In this document: piece after piece, positions 13,504-26,864 of the stretch
Position numbering within the stretch: position 1 is the stretch's first letter
Layout: the number at the start of each line of letters is the position of its first letter
Assembly (NCBI GenBank): GCA_020137815.1
Contig: CM035351.1
Span: forward strand, 1,240,001 to 1,304,000
Length of the DNA stretch: 64,000 bases
DNA from: Hormiphora californensis
Lineage: Eukaryota; Animalia; Ctenophora
Direction: 5' to 3'
Translations under genes and position numbers: made by a program
Notes under the pieces: generated by a model
Database searches by the model: none
The model's input: the letters and a program-made list of their open reading frames with translations, nothing else
What the model was told of the DNA's origin: nothing

Positions 13504-15120
13504 ATGAGCGGTGGTGCAGCAGTAGTGTCTCTACCGGATGGAGTTGTTTTACACTCCTAAAGCCAAGGAGGGCGACCCTGAAAAGAGTGCTGCCACAGGT
13601 AGCATGATGACACGTCACGCTTATGACTGTCATATCAGTTATGACGTCATATCATTATGACGTCATTGTTGTCTGTTTGCCTGGTTTAGCTAACTCTCTT
13701 TCAATACCAGCTGCAGCAGTATCATGGGTATTCAATCAAATCTCGTCTAACAACATTTATCGTGTCCACTAATCCTAACTCCCCATCCCCCAGGATTACT
13801 AACAGAACTACTAGACGAGGTATTAGGAGATCTATCGGACCAGGCGAAAACCCGGAGAACGACCGTGAGAAAGATGGCGGATGTCCTCCTGACCAACACC
13901 ACTCCTCCGACCAGGAACCACCTGCTAGACCGGACAATGCGGAAAAGAGAGGTACAACAACAACAACACCATAGGGCCATGTTGGAACAATCGAGAAAAC
14001 GGAAACGGTCAGACAACACTAACTGTGATTCACCTCCTCCGGGTCCCTCTGTTGAACAGAGTAGTGAGCCGCCCATTGAATCTTCTTCTAGTAGGACACT
14101 GCCGGATATTGATTCACTCGCAGCCGCTATACACCTGCCCTTGTCAGATAACAATATGGGCTTAATAATGATGTAGTTAGAGCGAAACCAGTTAAAAATG
14201 GGGTTGCAGTTGTTGGTAAGCTACCTAAACCTCGGCCTCCGAGTTCAGTTGGAACAGTAGTGACTACACAAGGACTGCCCAAATACTGTTTACAGAGAAA
14301 GGTGCAACATAGGAATATGTGTAATGCTGCAGAAAAAGAGGGGTGTGAATTAGGGGCAGGGAAACGGAAGCATGCAACCGGAAACCAAAAGAATGTGGTG
14401 ATACAGAATGGAATTTTCGCAGAAAAACAGAATGGGCCTGCCGCAGGAAAACATACTCAACAGAATGGACCTATCGCAGGAAAACAGGGCCAACAGAATG
14501 GACCAATCGCAGGAAAACAGATTCAACAGAATGGACCTATCGCAGGAAAACAGGGCCAACAGAATGGGCCAATCGCAGGAAAACAGGGCCAACAGAATGG
14601 ACCAATCGCAGGAAAACAGACTCAACAGAATGGGCCTATCTCAGGAAAACAGACTCAGCAGAATGGGCCTGTCCCAGGAAAACATACTCAACAGAATGGA
14701 CCAGTTTCTACAAGGCAGAGTCGACAGACTAGTTCAGTATTGCAGAAACGGAAAAGTAGTAGGAGCTCATCTCCCGCAGTAAGGACGGTTAAAGAAGAGC
14801 CCCCTGAGATAGTCCTCAGGGCAACGGAACAAAATGGTGCGAGATCGGTCAGTCCTGCAGTCAGTAGTACAAGTAGTGGGAGTCGAAAGGGAGTCAGTAG
14901 GAAGGGCGGGAAGAGAAAGAAGGACCACACGAACTGTAAAAAGGGTCTCATGTCTCTAGATTCAGTGTTTTTGGCCAGTGTGCCCCTTGTTGTTAGTGAG
15001 GAGGGAGAGTTTGATTGTTTGTTCGCTGCTCAGTGTCCCGAGAATTGGAGTGTAGGGGAGGTACGGGAACCGGTGTTCCGATCACGGCGTCAGTTCTGTA
15101 GGCCGTGTCTTTTTAAATGA
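13504..15120 (+). CDS. Unknown low-complexity, probably nuclear protein with 11-aa repeats; exon structure uncertain
   Basis: AG then ATG at 13500-13506; probable intron ~13600-13710; frameshifted ORFs; basic clusters (SRKRKR, GGKRKK); ~8 QQNGPIAGKQx repeats; Cys-containing C-terminus. Confidence 0.5.
14428..14706 (+). repeat. Coding 33-bp tandem repeat (QQNGPIAGKQx), ~8 copies
   Basis: caacagaatgg(a/g)cc(t/a)atcgcaggaaaacag... recurs with period 33. Confidence 0.9.
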
Positions 15121-16362
15121 GTAATTATCTCCTAATAAATTACACGCAATTCAGTTTATATTCATACACTATTATTATTTGACATTTCTACCAAACACCT
15201 TCAATGAAAGAACTGAGTTTTCATTTGAAAATGAGCAGCGTACCGGAGTTCTGATTGTCCAAAGTCCTTAGCATACGGAACGCGCGGTTACTTTCCGCCA
15301 ATTCAATGTGGGAAGTAGGTGTTGTCAGTAGTTGCAAGCTGCGCGCACATGCTTTTCCCGGTACGAGACTGAAGGGACGGCCCATTTTGGATTGGGCCAA
15401 ATCTGAATCAGCCGGCTGAAGTAGACAGTTCCTGACTCAGTGGTTCTCCGGTAGAACCTTGAAACTGGTATCTGTTGATAGACTATAGAAAGACGTCCTA
15501 TAATGTTAAACGGCGATAAAATATTTTCAAATAAAATTTCAAATTAATTTTACGGGACACAATTTCATATGAACACGGATAATTATATCAAGCAACAGTG
15601 CTATGTACCCCGCTAATCAGGAAACAGTGTACACAAACTGAAACATACATTTTACACAAACACTCCTACGGACGCACAAACTCAGGGACATCTCAGCGCG
15701 CCGAATTGCTCAAAAGAATTGTATCGCGCGCTCCAGTTCTGACTGGCTCTTGAATTGGAAACAATTGTGAGATTCTGGTGTATTTTCTGGAATCAACTCT
15801 CACTTTCATAATTCTCCCGATTCCTAACTCAATATTCACAAATCTCACTTTTCTTTCGTTTCCCGCATCCCAGATACTGTAAAGTGTAATTTAACTCACT
15901 TAAAACTTTTGTCTTTTCCACTTTTGAATCACGGAGAGATATATCGGTAATAATGACCTGTTAATCGCTTCTGTAATACACATATACCTCATGCGGCTAT
16001 AACTGTATTATATAACAAGGGAGTTACACACTGCTCACTAAGTAGCGGTATGTTTTTTACTGGGTCACGCGTTCTTAATTACCAATTCTCACACACAGAC
16101 GTAGACACAGGCACACTTACAGAGACGCAGGCACGGACAGATATTCATAACAGCACACACCGATCAGATTTACAATAAAGGTGTCACCAGCTGTCTCTTC
16201 ATTGTTTATCTTTGAGAGATAGGCACTTGTTACCACCTGTGCTTCAAACTCTTCTTTCTCTTGAGACTGGACAGCAGAGGAAGTCACAATCTCTCAGTTA
16301 CACAGACATCACTTCTACACTCATATAATTGCTCATCATATCTATATCTCATTAGACACACA

Positions 16363-17280
16363 CTAATCACTCTTCCTTCTCTTCCTAGCCCAGAACCGAT
16401 TGTACAATTCCCTAAGAATACTGCCAGGTAATCTCTGGTGTTTATCTATCAGTTCAACTACCCGTCTCTCCACCAACTCCGCCACCACTTTCGGCTCCTC
16501 CTCGTCGTCGAAATGTATAGCACGACCGATGTGCATCCGTAAGCTCAACAGGGAATATTCCCACAATGGGTAGAATTGGTAGTTTAGTCTTTTCGTAGAG
16601 CCAATGAGGCAAGGTTAGCTGAGAATTTTACCGATCTTGCTGCTTCTCGGATGTTCTCAGTGAAAAATGGAACTATAGGAACATCTGCTTCCAGTGCAAC
16701 TTTAGAGAAACCTAGTCGGCTGTTCCATAACAGTTGGTACTTCTCATCGGATAGGAGGGATTCTCTCAAACCTCCGGGGTAGATTATTAGTGTCTCACCC
16801 GCGAAGAGAGCATCAACACAAGTAGTTATGTTGCCCGGCATACAGTTAAACACCTTCATTAGAAGACTCAAGCCGGGAGCTTTGTACAGGAATCTATCAA
16901 CCACAATTCGGACCTTCCTCCTTTCCAGGACGCAATGGGCAAAGAAATAATACGCATCCAGGGGGATGGCACCGTGATACCCGATCATCAAACACCCACC
17001 CTTTTTAGGTAAATTGTTCAAACCATTAAACTCTAGGTTATGCCATATCTTGCCCTGGGCTTCAGTTATCGCAGCTATAGACATACGGAATCCATCCCAG
17101 AAGCCATCGTTGAAAGCCTCGTAGACCTTCTCTCTTTCTCCACCGGTAAACATGGGCTGCCACAGCCATTAGATAAAACCAAACCACCATAAAAAGGGGA
17201 AGGAGGAGGAAGACGAGAAAGGACCATTTGGCAAACCAGGCTCCATACTCCCACAGTAGAGGGAGAACTTCCATAATCAT
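16363..17280 (-). CDS. TMEM68: TMEM68/DIESL-like acyltransferase, copy A (frameshifted)
   Basis: N-terminal TM segment; GYHGAIPLDAYY; IYPGGLRESLLSDEKYQLLWNSRLGF; LIDKHQRLPGSILREL. Confidence 0.85.
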
Positions 17281-18965
17281 CCTGAACGGTGTGTTAACTG
17301 TTAAGGAGGGGTGTAGGATATTAAAGTTATGAAAGGAGGGGTCGTATATGGGGGGGGGGGGGGAGAGAGTGTAAAAGCTTAAAATAGATTGTGAGAAAGT
17401 AATGGAAGATAATATATGGGCACATGTTCATGTCTCATGAGACCAAAGATAATGAAGAAAGAAATATATAATGAGATTATTACATGCATGTACTAGCTAC
17501 TATTACTTATTGACTCTTGAGACGTATAGCTAGACTGATCATTGAGCAGATTTATCTAGAACAAACTAGAAGTTAGCTGTCAGAGAAGGCAAGAGTGTTT
17601 TAACAAGAATACTTGCATATTTCGCTGCACAAGAAATAGTTGGCACGTTCTATGTGAGGGTTCTCGAATGTTCTCATTTTACAAAATATACACAGTTTTG
17701 TGAGCAATTCGTGTATAGAACATCTCAAGAAGTTTATTGTTGTCTGAGCAGAGCAAGATAATAGTTTTGTTTCATGGTATTGCTTACATATTCCTCGCCA
17801 CATGGAGTAAATGTAAATTAGCCATCTGCCCCACAGCTGAGAAATTTAAACAGACTGTGCGAGTATTTCAACTCACCTACTACCTATCACAGTGAGATCT
17901 TACACCTAAACTCTACCGATACGAAAAACGATAGATGACCATTTAGGAGAGACAAGGCGGAATTTGAAATCTAGATCTCTCCGTTGCCAGCACTCCGGGC
18001 TAAATTAATAGTTAACTGTCGAGATTTAGGCCTAAAAATGGAACCATCTATTTCCATGCGATAACGGTCCAGTTACTCCAAATCCTTCATCTGGCCACCC
18101 CCACTGCGACCGAGCCAGATGTTAGTTTCCTGATGCCAAACCCCGCTGAAATACGTTTTTACGGATTTTGTGAAGTTGCCGCCACAAGTTTGTGAGCTCG
18201 CAATGTTTCTTATTTTTGACGCACACACCATGATAGGCGCCAAGAGCGGAGGGGAGGGGGTGACAGGCAATTGAATCGGAGACAATTGTGAGATTCGGGT
18301 ATAATTTCTGGAATCAACTCTCACTTTCATAATTCACAATTCTCACTTTTCTTTCATGTCTCACATCCACTCCCAGAATCAGATTCTCTGATTTAATTCA
18401 CTTTAAACTTTTCCGCACTTATCTTGGATCACAGAGAGAGATATCGGTAATGATGACCTGTTCATCCTTCTGTAATAGATTGCGAAGAAAGATGGCAGAT
18501 AATATATGGGCACATGTGTTCACGAGGGTAAAGATAAAGAAGAAAGAAAAATATATAATGAGATTATGCAAATATTCTTTTTAAAACATTCTTGCCTTCT
18601 CTGTCAAAATGTCTAAGTATGTTTTACTATATTCGTCTGCTCAATACTCAGTTAACCTAGTCTAGTTATACGTCTCAAGAGTCAAGTAGTATACATGCTG
18701 TACTAATCTCATTATATATAATGAAAAAGAAATATATTTCTTTTGTTCTTTATCTTCCCCTCATGAATATGTGCCCATATAATATCTTCCATTACTTTCT
18801 CGCAATCTTTACACTCTCTACCCCCCATGGCCATATATACGATCCCTCCCCTCATAACTTTGAGATCACACATAAAGTATATAAATAAAGTAATAACTAT
18901 CCCATAACACCCCCTACTCCCTAGCCTTTACCCTCTCTCTCTAAACACACCGTTCAGGATGATTA

Positions 18966-19881
18966 ATGGAAGTTCTCCCTCTACTGTGGGAGTATGGAGC
19001 CTGGTTTGCAAAATGGTCATTCCTTGTCTTCCTTCTCTCCCTTCCACTTTTTATGGTGGTTTGGTTTTATCTGATGGCTGTGGCAGCCCATGTTTACCGG
19101 TGGAGAAAGAGAGAAGTCTACGAGGCAGTTCAACGATGGCTTCTGGGACTGGATTCCGTATGTCTATAGCTGCGATAACTGAAGCCCAGGGCAAGATATG
19201 GCATAACCTAGAGTTTAATGGTTTGAACAATTTACCTAAAAAGGGTGGGTGTTTGATGATCGGGTATCACGGCTGCCATGCCCCTGGATGCGTACTATTT
19301 CTTTGCTCATTGTGTCCTAGGAAAGGAGGAAGGTCCGGATTGTGGTTGATAGATTCCTGTACAAAGCACCAGGTATGGGTCTACTACTGAAGGTGTTTAA
19401 CTGTATGCCGGGCAACATAACTACTTGTGTTGATGCTCTCTTCGCGGGTGAGACACTAATAATCTACCCCGGAGGTGTAAGAGAATCCGTTCTATCCGAT
19501 GAAAAGTACCAACTGTTATGGAACAGCCGACTAGGTTTTTCAAAAGTTGCACTGGAAGCAGATGTTCCTATAGTTCCTTTTTTCACTGAAAACATCCGAG
19601 AAGCAGCAAGATCGGTAAAGTTCTCAGCTAACCTGGCCTCATGGCTCTACGAAAAGACTAAACTACCAATTCTACCCATTGTGGGAATATTCCCAGTTGA
19701 GCTACGGATGCATATCGGTCGTGCTATACATTTTGACGACGAGGAGGAGCCGAAAGTGGTGGCGGAGTTGGTGGAGAGACGGGTAGTTGAACTGATAGAT
19801 AAACACCAGAGATTACCTGGCAGTATTCTTAGGGAATTGTACAATCGGTTCTGGGTTAGGAAGAGGAGGAAGAGTGATTAG
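18966..19881 (+). CDS. TMEM68: TMEM68/DIESL-like acyltransferase, copy B (frameshifted), inverted duplicate of copy A
   Basis: Near-identical reverse complement of 16363-17280 with the same motifs. Confidence 0.85.
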
Positions 19882-21371
19882 TGTGTGTCTAATGAGATAT
19901 AGATATGATGAGCAATTATATGAGTGTAGAAGTGATGTCTGTCTGTGTAACTGAGAGATCTTGACTTCCTCTGCTGTCCAGTCTCCAAAGAAAGAAGAGT
20001 TTGCAGCACAAGTAACAAGTGCCTCTCTCTCAAAGATAGGAGTGATGTCTTCCTGGAAGCTATTCTTGCGGCTTGCCCAGTCCAGTCAAGAATTACGAAT
20101 TTAGTGAACATTTTGGTGAAAAAAAATCAATACCCCTTCGACTTTATGTATGTGGGGAGGGACGTCCGGGGCTTGGGAGTAGTCAGGAAGCAAGTTAGGG
20201 CACGGTCGTGACCAAAGAAGGGATGGTCGGACCGCCCTAAAACCGGTTTGGTAACAACCAGTACCATTTCAGGAGTTGCTGTGAGCATTTTGAAGTGGGC
20301 ACGACCAGCCAGTGAAGAGTTATGACGAAAAAGTAGCTACAAATGGCCCTTTTTATGACGATGTTATTCTGCTGGCTGAGAGGGCTTTAAATAAACTTCT
20401 TGTGTGGGCAGAGAAATGTCTGAAGTTGAAGACACATTTTTTTGGAGCTGTTATCTTTCATGGTTGTCTAATTAGAGCTGCTCAAACACAAATTGGGTCG
20501 AAAGTTTCGGGGTTGTGCCCCTTCTTCAGCTCAAATTAATTTGTTTAAAGTAGCCAAAAGCCAAAAACTCGCTTACACACATTTTACGCGTCTCTTGTGA
20601 CTGAAAAATCGCAAAACTTGAATGAAGCTTGAACTTGAACACGAATCCCAACCTGAACTTGAGGCTTTTCAGTGAAAATTTTACTCTTGAGTTGGTAAAT
20701 GTTGCTGGCGCGGGATAGGGATCCCTAAAAAAGTTCAGTATTTACACAGCGTTTACACAGTCTTTACACAGTCATTACACCCAGAGCGGTGCGTGCTGCG
20801 TTTTGCGGCTTTTTCTAAGAAAATATTGGACTGTGTGCTGCAAAATTGAGTAAATTGAGCGCTGCGGCGAAAAAAGTTTCCGAAAACGCTGCAAATCGAG
20901 TTAAGTTTAAGTTTAAGTTTACGCACAATTTATCACAAAGTCACACAATTAATATATAACTTCGTCCCGCTCTTACACCATACACTAATAAAGTGATACA
21001 AGGCTGAGAGGTGAAAATATACAGTTCACATCAGCGGTTTCCTAAAGCGGTTTAAACAATACTTAGAGACAGTGATACACATCCTAGTAGCATTAGATGC
21101 ACAAAATACGAGGAACAAGGGGTTATAGAAAACAAGGTAACGAACTAACAAAACAAGCAGACAAACATAAAAACAGATTAAACAGAATACACAAAGTCAC
21201 AGACGCAAAACACAACATCAGCAGTCAATACAAAACGGTTAATACAAAAACATACTAACACACGTACAAACACATTCACAGACAAACAGACAATCACAAA
21301 CACATACACACAGATTCGGTAATAAATAAATAATAAATTAGCTGTCCTTCAAACACACACTCACTGAAGAG

Positions 21372-21510
21372 TCCTTGACAAGTTTTTTATCGAGAAAAAC
21401 GTATTGAGAAAAACGGTATCCTTGACAAGTTTTTTATCGAGAAAAACGTATTGAGAAAAACGGTATCCTTGACAAGTTTTTTATCGAGAAAAACGTATTG
21501 AGAAAAACGG
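21372..21510. repeat. 47-bp tandem repeat x3
   Basis: tccttgacaagttttttatcgagaaaaacgtattgagaaaaacggta occurs three times. Confidence 0.9.
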
Positions 21511-21807
21511 TGTGTATGGTCTTCTTTCTTCATTCTTCGGCATAAAACTCAGCCAGTCTGGAACCTCAGCTACTCAAACTCTGCTAAACAACTCAGAGGC
21601 CAGAAAATGTTAACAATTTACACAAAATGCACACTTGAAAATATTAACTCATTGACTCAGTCATAGGTGGTCCCTCTACTAAGTCTCAGGTAGATGTAGG
21701 AAGGAATGGTGTAGAAAGTAGGAAGGGATGTAGGAAGGAATATAGGCAGGAATGGTGCAGATTAGAGACAGTAGGTCAGGTGGGATGTAAGGAAGCTGGA
21801 GAGAGGG

Positions 21808-23750
21808 TTTACTTACTTATGATTACTTATGAAGGGTTTTCCAAGTTAGAGGGCCATCCGTTGTTCTTCGAACCGCCTGATTCCCCCGCACCACTCAGTC
21901 AACAAATTTCTGTTATTAGCTGGGTATCCAGGGGTTGGTGGCAAATCTGGAACCTCTCTTAGGAAGAGATCCAAACTTGCTTTGAAGGACGCTAGGTCTC
22001 CAATCTCTCTGAGGTCAGCTGGGATGCAGTTCCATAGTTTCGGTCCAAATGTACCGAAGGAGTTGGCATAGAGAGTTGAATTCCTCTTGCTTTTAACTCT
22101 TGAGAGATCTGGCAGGACTGCTTTCAGACCGTGCCTTGAAGTGCGATGAAACTTTATATCAACTTCATTTGGAGCTGCCCCGTGAAGGATTTTGTGTACG
22201 TGGAGAATCACATACCGCTCTCTTCGCCTCTGGAGCGACATGAGGCCAAGGTACTTGAGGCGTTGCCAATAGTCCAAGTCCTTCATTCCGGCAATCTTGG
22301 ATGTAAACCTGCGCTGCACAGACTCCAAGAGCTGGATATCGCCTACCATCTGGGGGGACCAAAGCGGAGAACAGTACTCCATAGTGCTCCTTACCATGGT
22401 TTTGTATAGACTGACCATGAGTTCCGGATCTCTGCTACTGAATACGCCAAACACCCACTGAGCCATGCGTCGACCTTTTGTCGTAAGGTTCACATAGTGG
22501 GGCCTCCAGGAAAGATCCTCGGACACAGTTACACCCAAATCTCTGAGCTGGTCCGATGGTGCTAACAAGGTATCACCGCTAGTAGAGTAAAACACCCCTG
22601 TCATAGGGAGCTCCTTGATTAGTGCGCCCCTTTGGTGATGGTGAACCATCAGTTCGTATTTGTCCTCATTGAGCACCATGTTGTTTCTTGTTGACCACTG
22701 CATTACTCTATCAAGATCTTGCTGAAGTTTCACAGTGTCACTCTCATTAGTGATTTCCATACTGACTCGAGAATCGTCCGCAAAGAAGCTCAGGATAGCA
22801 TTCAGTGCTTCACTCTCCAGATCATTGATAAAAATCAAGAATAGAAGCGGACCCAAGACAGTACCTTGGGGAACACCACTAATGATCAGTGCAATCTCAG
22901 ATTGGCAGCCGTCCAATACGACTTTTTGTTTACGGCCGGTCAAAAAGGACTCTAACCAGTCAACGATCTGAGGATGCACACCGTAACGCCGTATCTTGAC
23001 AAGAAGAAGACGGATATCAACCTTGTCGAATGCACGGGAGTAGTCCAGGAACACCGTGTCAGTGTCGTGACCACCGCAGAGGGCTTTCAGAACCCAGTCA
23101 AAGTATCCCAATAACTGGGTTAATGTAGATCGTCCCGATCTAAACCCGTGCTGGCGTTCAGAGAATAGGCCGTTCCTCTCAAAGTAATCTACCAAATGGG
23201 ATCTCGTCACGCGTTCAAAGATTTTAATGACGTGGCTAGTGAGTGTCACCGGTCGATAATTTTTGGAACTGGACCTATCACCTTTCTTGAAAAGGGGAAC
23301 AACATGACCCATCTTGTAGTAATCTGGGACCCTTTTCAGCTGAAATGATTCTCTCCATATCATACTGATAGGCTTTGCGAGGGCATCGGCAGCCTCCTTG
23401 AGGATCCTAGAAGGTATTCCATCAGGACCGGGGGCCGAGGAAATGTCGAGGTCTTTGCATGCCTTAACTATATCCTCCTCACTGAACGTGAGTCCTAGGT
23501 CTTCCAATTTTATGGTCGGCCTATCAAATGTGGGATCTCTGGTCTGGGGATTCTCCGGATTACTAAACACACCACAGAACTCCTCCTGGAATATATCTGC
23601 AATCTGTTTCGAATCGGTGATTGGAGAACCTTCCTTGTCTATAATGACAGGGATACCAGAACTACCCTTGGCAAAGGATTTGGCAAAGGAATAGAAATAC
23701 CGTGGATCAGACTTTATCTTATCTTTAGCCTTCCTCTCACGGTTATCTTT
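21808..23750 (-). mobile_element. 5'-truncated CR1-type LINE with intact RT ORF
   Basis: SAPGPDGIP, NYRPVTLTS, QHGFRSGRST, DYSRAFDKV, SGVPQGTVLGPLLFLIFINDL, FADD; short 3' UTR with (taag)n-like tail near 21810-21830; the ORF stays open upstream to ~23750. Confidence 0.9.
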
Positions 23751-26700
23751 GCTGGTCAGTATCTGGTCAGTATCTGGTCAGTATCTGGTCTGGAAGAAGA
23801 GACAGCACCTAGGACACGGGAAACCCAGGAACGAGAACCTAGGTACGAACCAGGTAAGGACAGGGAGGTAGACTATTTAGTTCCAGGAAGAAATGATATA
23901 GGATTGTGTCAGCAGGTCATAGGTGGGATATAAGGGAGCTGGAGTGTGGGTCTGGAAGTAGGGCGTGATGGCAGTGATCGCGAGAGACAGCAGACAGGAC
24001 ACGAGAGCCCAGGAGCGAACCATGTAAGGACAGGGAGGCAGACTATTTAGTTCCAGGAAGGAATGATGTAGGATTTAGACAGCAGGTCATAGGTGGGATA
24101 TAAGGGAGCTGGAGTGTGGGTCTGGAAGTAGGGTAGTGGTGGCAGTGATAGCGAGAGACAGCAGACAGGACACGGGAACCCAAGAGCGAACCAGGTAAGG
24201 CCAAGGGAGGGATCTATTTCCCAAAAGTTGTGAAACAGGATCAGATTTAGAACCGCATGCAAGGAATATTATAGGCAGGGAATAATGAGGCGTTTATGTG
24301 CGGAGCTGGAGCCTGGGGGAAAACAACAGATTTACTGTGAAGTTAACTGGACTGGGTGCCCAGGAAATGATGCAGGTAGATTTGTGCCGGGAAGATGGTG
24401 CGGTACTGATATAATGCCGAGTGAGGTTTATTCAGGTCCATAAGCCAAAGTAAACATATGGGTTTTCAAGGCCTTTTTAAACATCGGCAAGGTTTCTGTG
24501 GTTCGAATTTCTTTAGGTAGGCGATTCCAGATCCTCGGAGCAGCTATACTAAAAGCTCTCTCAGTGGTTTTGTAGTTGTAGTTACTGTGTACCTCTTCCA
24601 GTCTTGTCGTGTCACAATCGACTCTTAAACTCATCGGTTTTTGTTTCCGTCTTTGTAGCATTTCTGATATGTATCCACTATCCAGGCGTCCCATTATTCA
24701 GGGATTTGTATACCATCATACAGATCTTATATTCTATTCTGTGTCTAACAGGTAGGAAGTGGGATTTTTTTCCGTAGATCTGTTACACCACGTCTGCTAC
24801 GTTTACCATGGACAAAGCGAGTGGCAGAGTTCTGTAGCTTCTGAAGACGCTTCACATCCTTGTCTTTGAGACCTATCAGTAGAGCGCTACAATAATCAAT
24901 CTTTGAGTGTATCAGTGAGTTCACAAGTTGGGTCTTTTGCTTTTTGTTCAGTTTGCCTGCAATTCTCCACACGTTGACGAGTTGGTAGTTGCACGACTGA
25001 ACAACTCTGGAGACGTGCTGGGACATCGTGAGTTCGCTATCGACCATGACGCCGAGATTCTTAGCAACTGGTTTGACTTCCGTTTCTTCTTGTGCAATGT
25101 TCAGTGTGGCATCACTGGTAGATTTATCCCATTTGTTTCGTAGGATAAGAACTTCTGTTTTATCCGGATTCAACTTCAACAGGTTCTGTGTCATCCAGAG
25201 ACGAATGTGAGACACACAGCTCTGAACTTTCTTTATCACATCATCGAATGTTTCTGGTGTGAAAGCTATCGAAAGTTGAGAATCATCCGCATACATGTGC
25301 AGGCTGAGACCATATAGTTCCGCTATTTTCTGTAGATCTCTGGTGTATAGTATGAACAAGAGGGGCCCCAGGATGGAACCCTGAGGAACACCAATGCTGA
25401 TAGACTTTGCTTCTGACTCGACCGAACCTATCTTTACTCTAGCTGTTCGATTAGTAAGATATGATTCAATCCAGCTCAATACCTTTCCAGTCACTCCATA
25501 ATCATGTTTCAGGCGGTGTAGTAGCTTGGCATGAGATATGGTGTCAAAGGCCGCTGAAAGGTCCAGAAGAACTAGGATGACCTTGGTCTTTTTATCCAGC
25601 TGCACAAGTATGTCGTTTACTATCTTGATAGTGGCCGTTTCACAGCTATGTTTCGATCGATAAGCAGATTGAACTTCACTGAACAGTCCATTACTCTCCA
25701 CGTAGTCAGTAAGCTGGTCAGCGACGCATTTCTCCAGGACCTTCGAGATGAACGAAAGGTTTGAGATTGGTCGATAACTATTAAGTTCATCAGGGTCTAG
25801 GTCACTGTTTTTGTATGATGGACGAATAACAGCAGACTTTAAGCTATCAGGGACTTCTCCTTTGGTGAGACTGGTGTTCACAATCTTAGAGACTATTGGA
25901 ATGAGGGCTGGAAAAGCATCATTGACGAATGAAGTTGGCATAGGGTCCAGGGTACAGTGTTTCTTGTTCATAGCACGGACAGTAGCAGCCAGCATCGAAT
26001 CGGAGACAGGTTGAAATTTCGCAAACTTTGGCAACTCTGCATCTGTTTCTAGTCGCGGTGTCAGTTCAGGAAGATCGGCTGTGAAATCCGGATCAAGCTG
26101 AATTTTCTCATAGATTGCCGCGATCTTGGAAGTGAAAAAGTCGATCATCCGGTCTGGAAGCCCATCTGGATCGTCAGTGGAGGGGAGTTGGGTCGGTGTC
26201 TTTTCCTTTCCGAGCAGGTGGTTTAGGATTTGATACAACGCAGCATGATTTCCGTCTGCTGCCTCTAGACGCTGTTGGAAGAATTCTCTTCTGGTGCGAT
26301 TGAATACAGTTTTAGTAAACCGGATCTCAGCTATGAACAACTTTTCAGCTATTAGAACTTTTTCGTGGCAGACTGGTTTGTTCTTTTGCTTCTGTTTAAG
26401 GGCTTTCTTGTACGCTGACTTGTACTTCCGCTCTGCTTTTCGGCGTTTGTGTAGAGCATCATAGCACAAACCAAGGGGGCTTAGAGGCTTCCGAAACAAC
26501 TTTCTCCTCAATCGGTGCTAACTGGTCAAGTATGTCTTCAAGTATGGTGTTATACAGTTTGACACATTCATCGACTGATTCAGGAAGCGGAGACGCAGTC
26601 TTTACACCCAGAGCGGCGCGGGCGCTCTGGGTGTAACGACTGTGTAAAGACTGTGTAAACGCTGTGTAAATACTGAACTTTTTTAGGGATCCCTATAAGG

Positions 26701-26864
26701 CAGCGCTTTTCAAACTTCTGAGTTGCCTCGGGCAAAAAAATGCAAAGCAAAATCTCGATTTTGCGGCCACGGCCCGGATTGGCTATGCGCGGCGTCAAAG
26801 TAAGAATTTCAGCATCGTACAAACCAATTTTTCGCGCATTATTGTTTTTTTCAATTTTGACAGC

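Larger units (their letters stand above)
20899..26595 (-). mobile_element. 5'-truncated L2/Crack-type LINE (RT ORF ~26580-24428, long 3' region, probable (AAACTT)n tail), interrupted by a CR1 element
   Basis: SYRPISNLSFISKVLEK, VLLDLSAAFDTI, GVPQGSILGPLLF, YADDSQL, LKLNPDKTEV, RAFSIAAPRIWNRLP; ttaagtttaagtttaagttt near 20900. The 3' limit is inferred. Confidence 0.8.
20718..26693. mobile_element. Non-autonomous TIR element (~71-bp TIRs, TA flanks) expanded by nested LINE insertions
   Basis: gggatccctaaaaaagttcagtatttacacagcgtttacacagtc...cccagagcg (20718-20788) is the reverse complement of 26623-26693; TA on both outer sides. Confidence 0.8.

Noticed and set aside
6700-19881. Pseudogenes, programmed frameshifting or RNA editing in GTF2H1, DDX47, MRPS9 and TMEM68
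   Set aside because: Scattered single-base indels in several essential genes with otherwise well-conserved sequence are best explained by consensus errors; short-read or cDNA alignment would settle it.
20769-26620. 25-bp direct repeat (20769-20793 and 26596-26620) as the TSD of the L2 insertion
   Set aside because: About 100 bp separates the left copy from the probable LINE tail and the copies have two mismatches; it may be an internal repeat of the MITE, so it is left unresolved.
26740-26864. N-terminal 42 aa of the 768-aa ORF as part of the retrotransposon
   Set aside because: It lies outside the TSD boundary; it is flanking DNA that happens to be open in frame.
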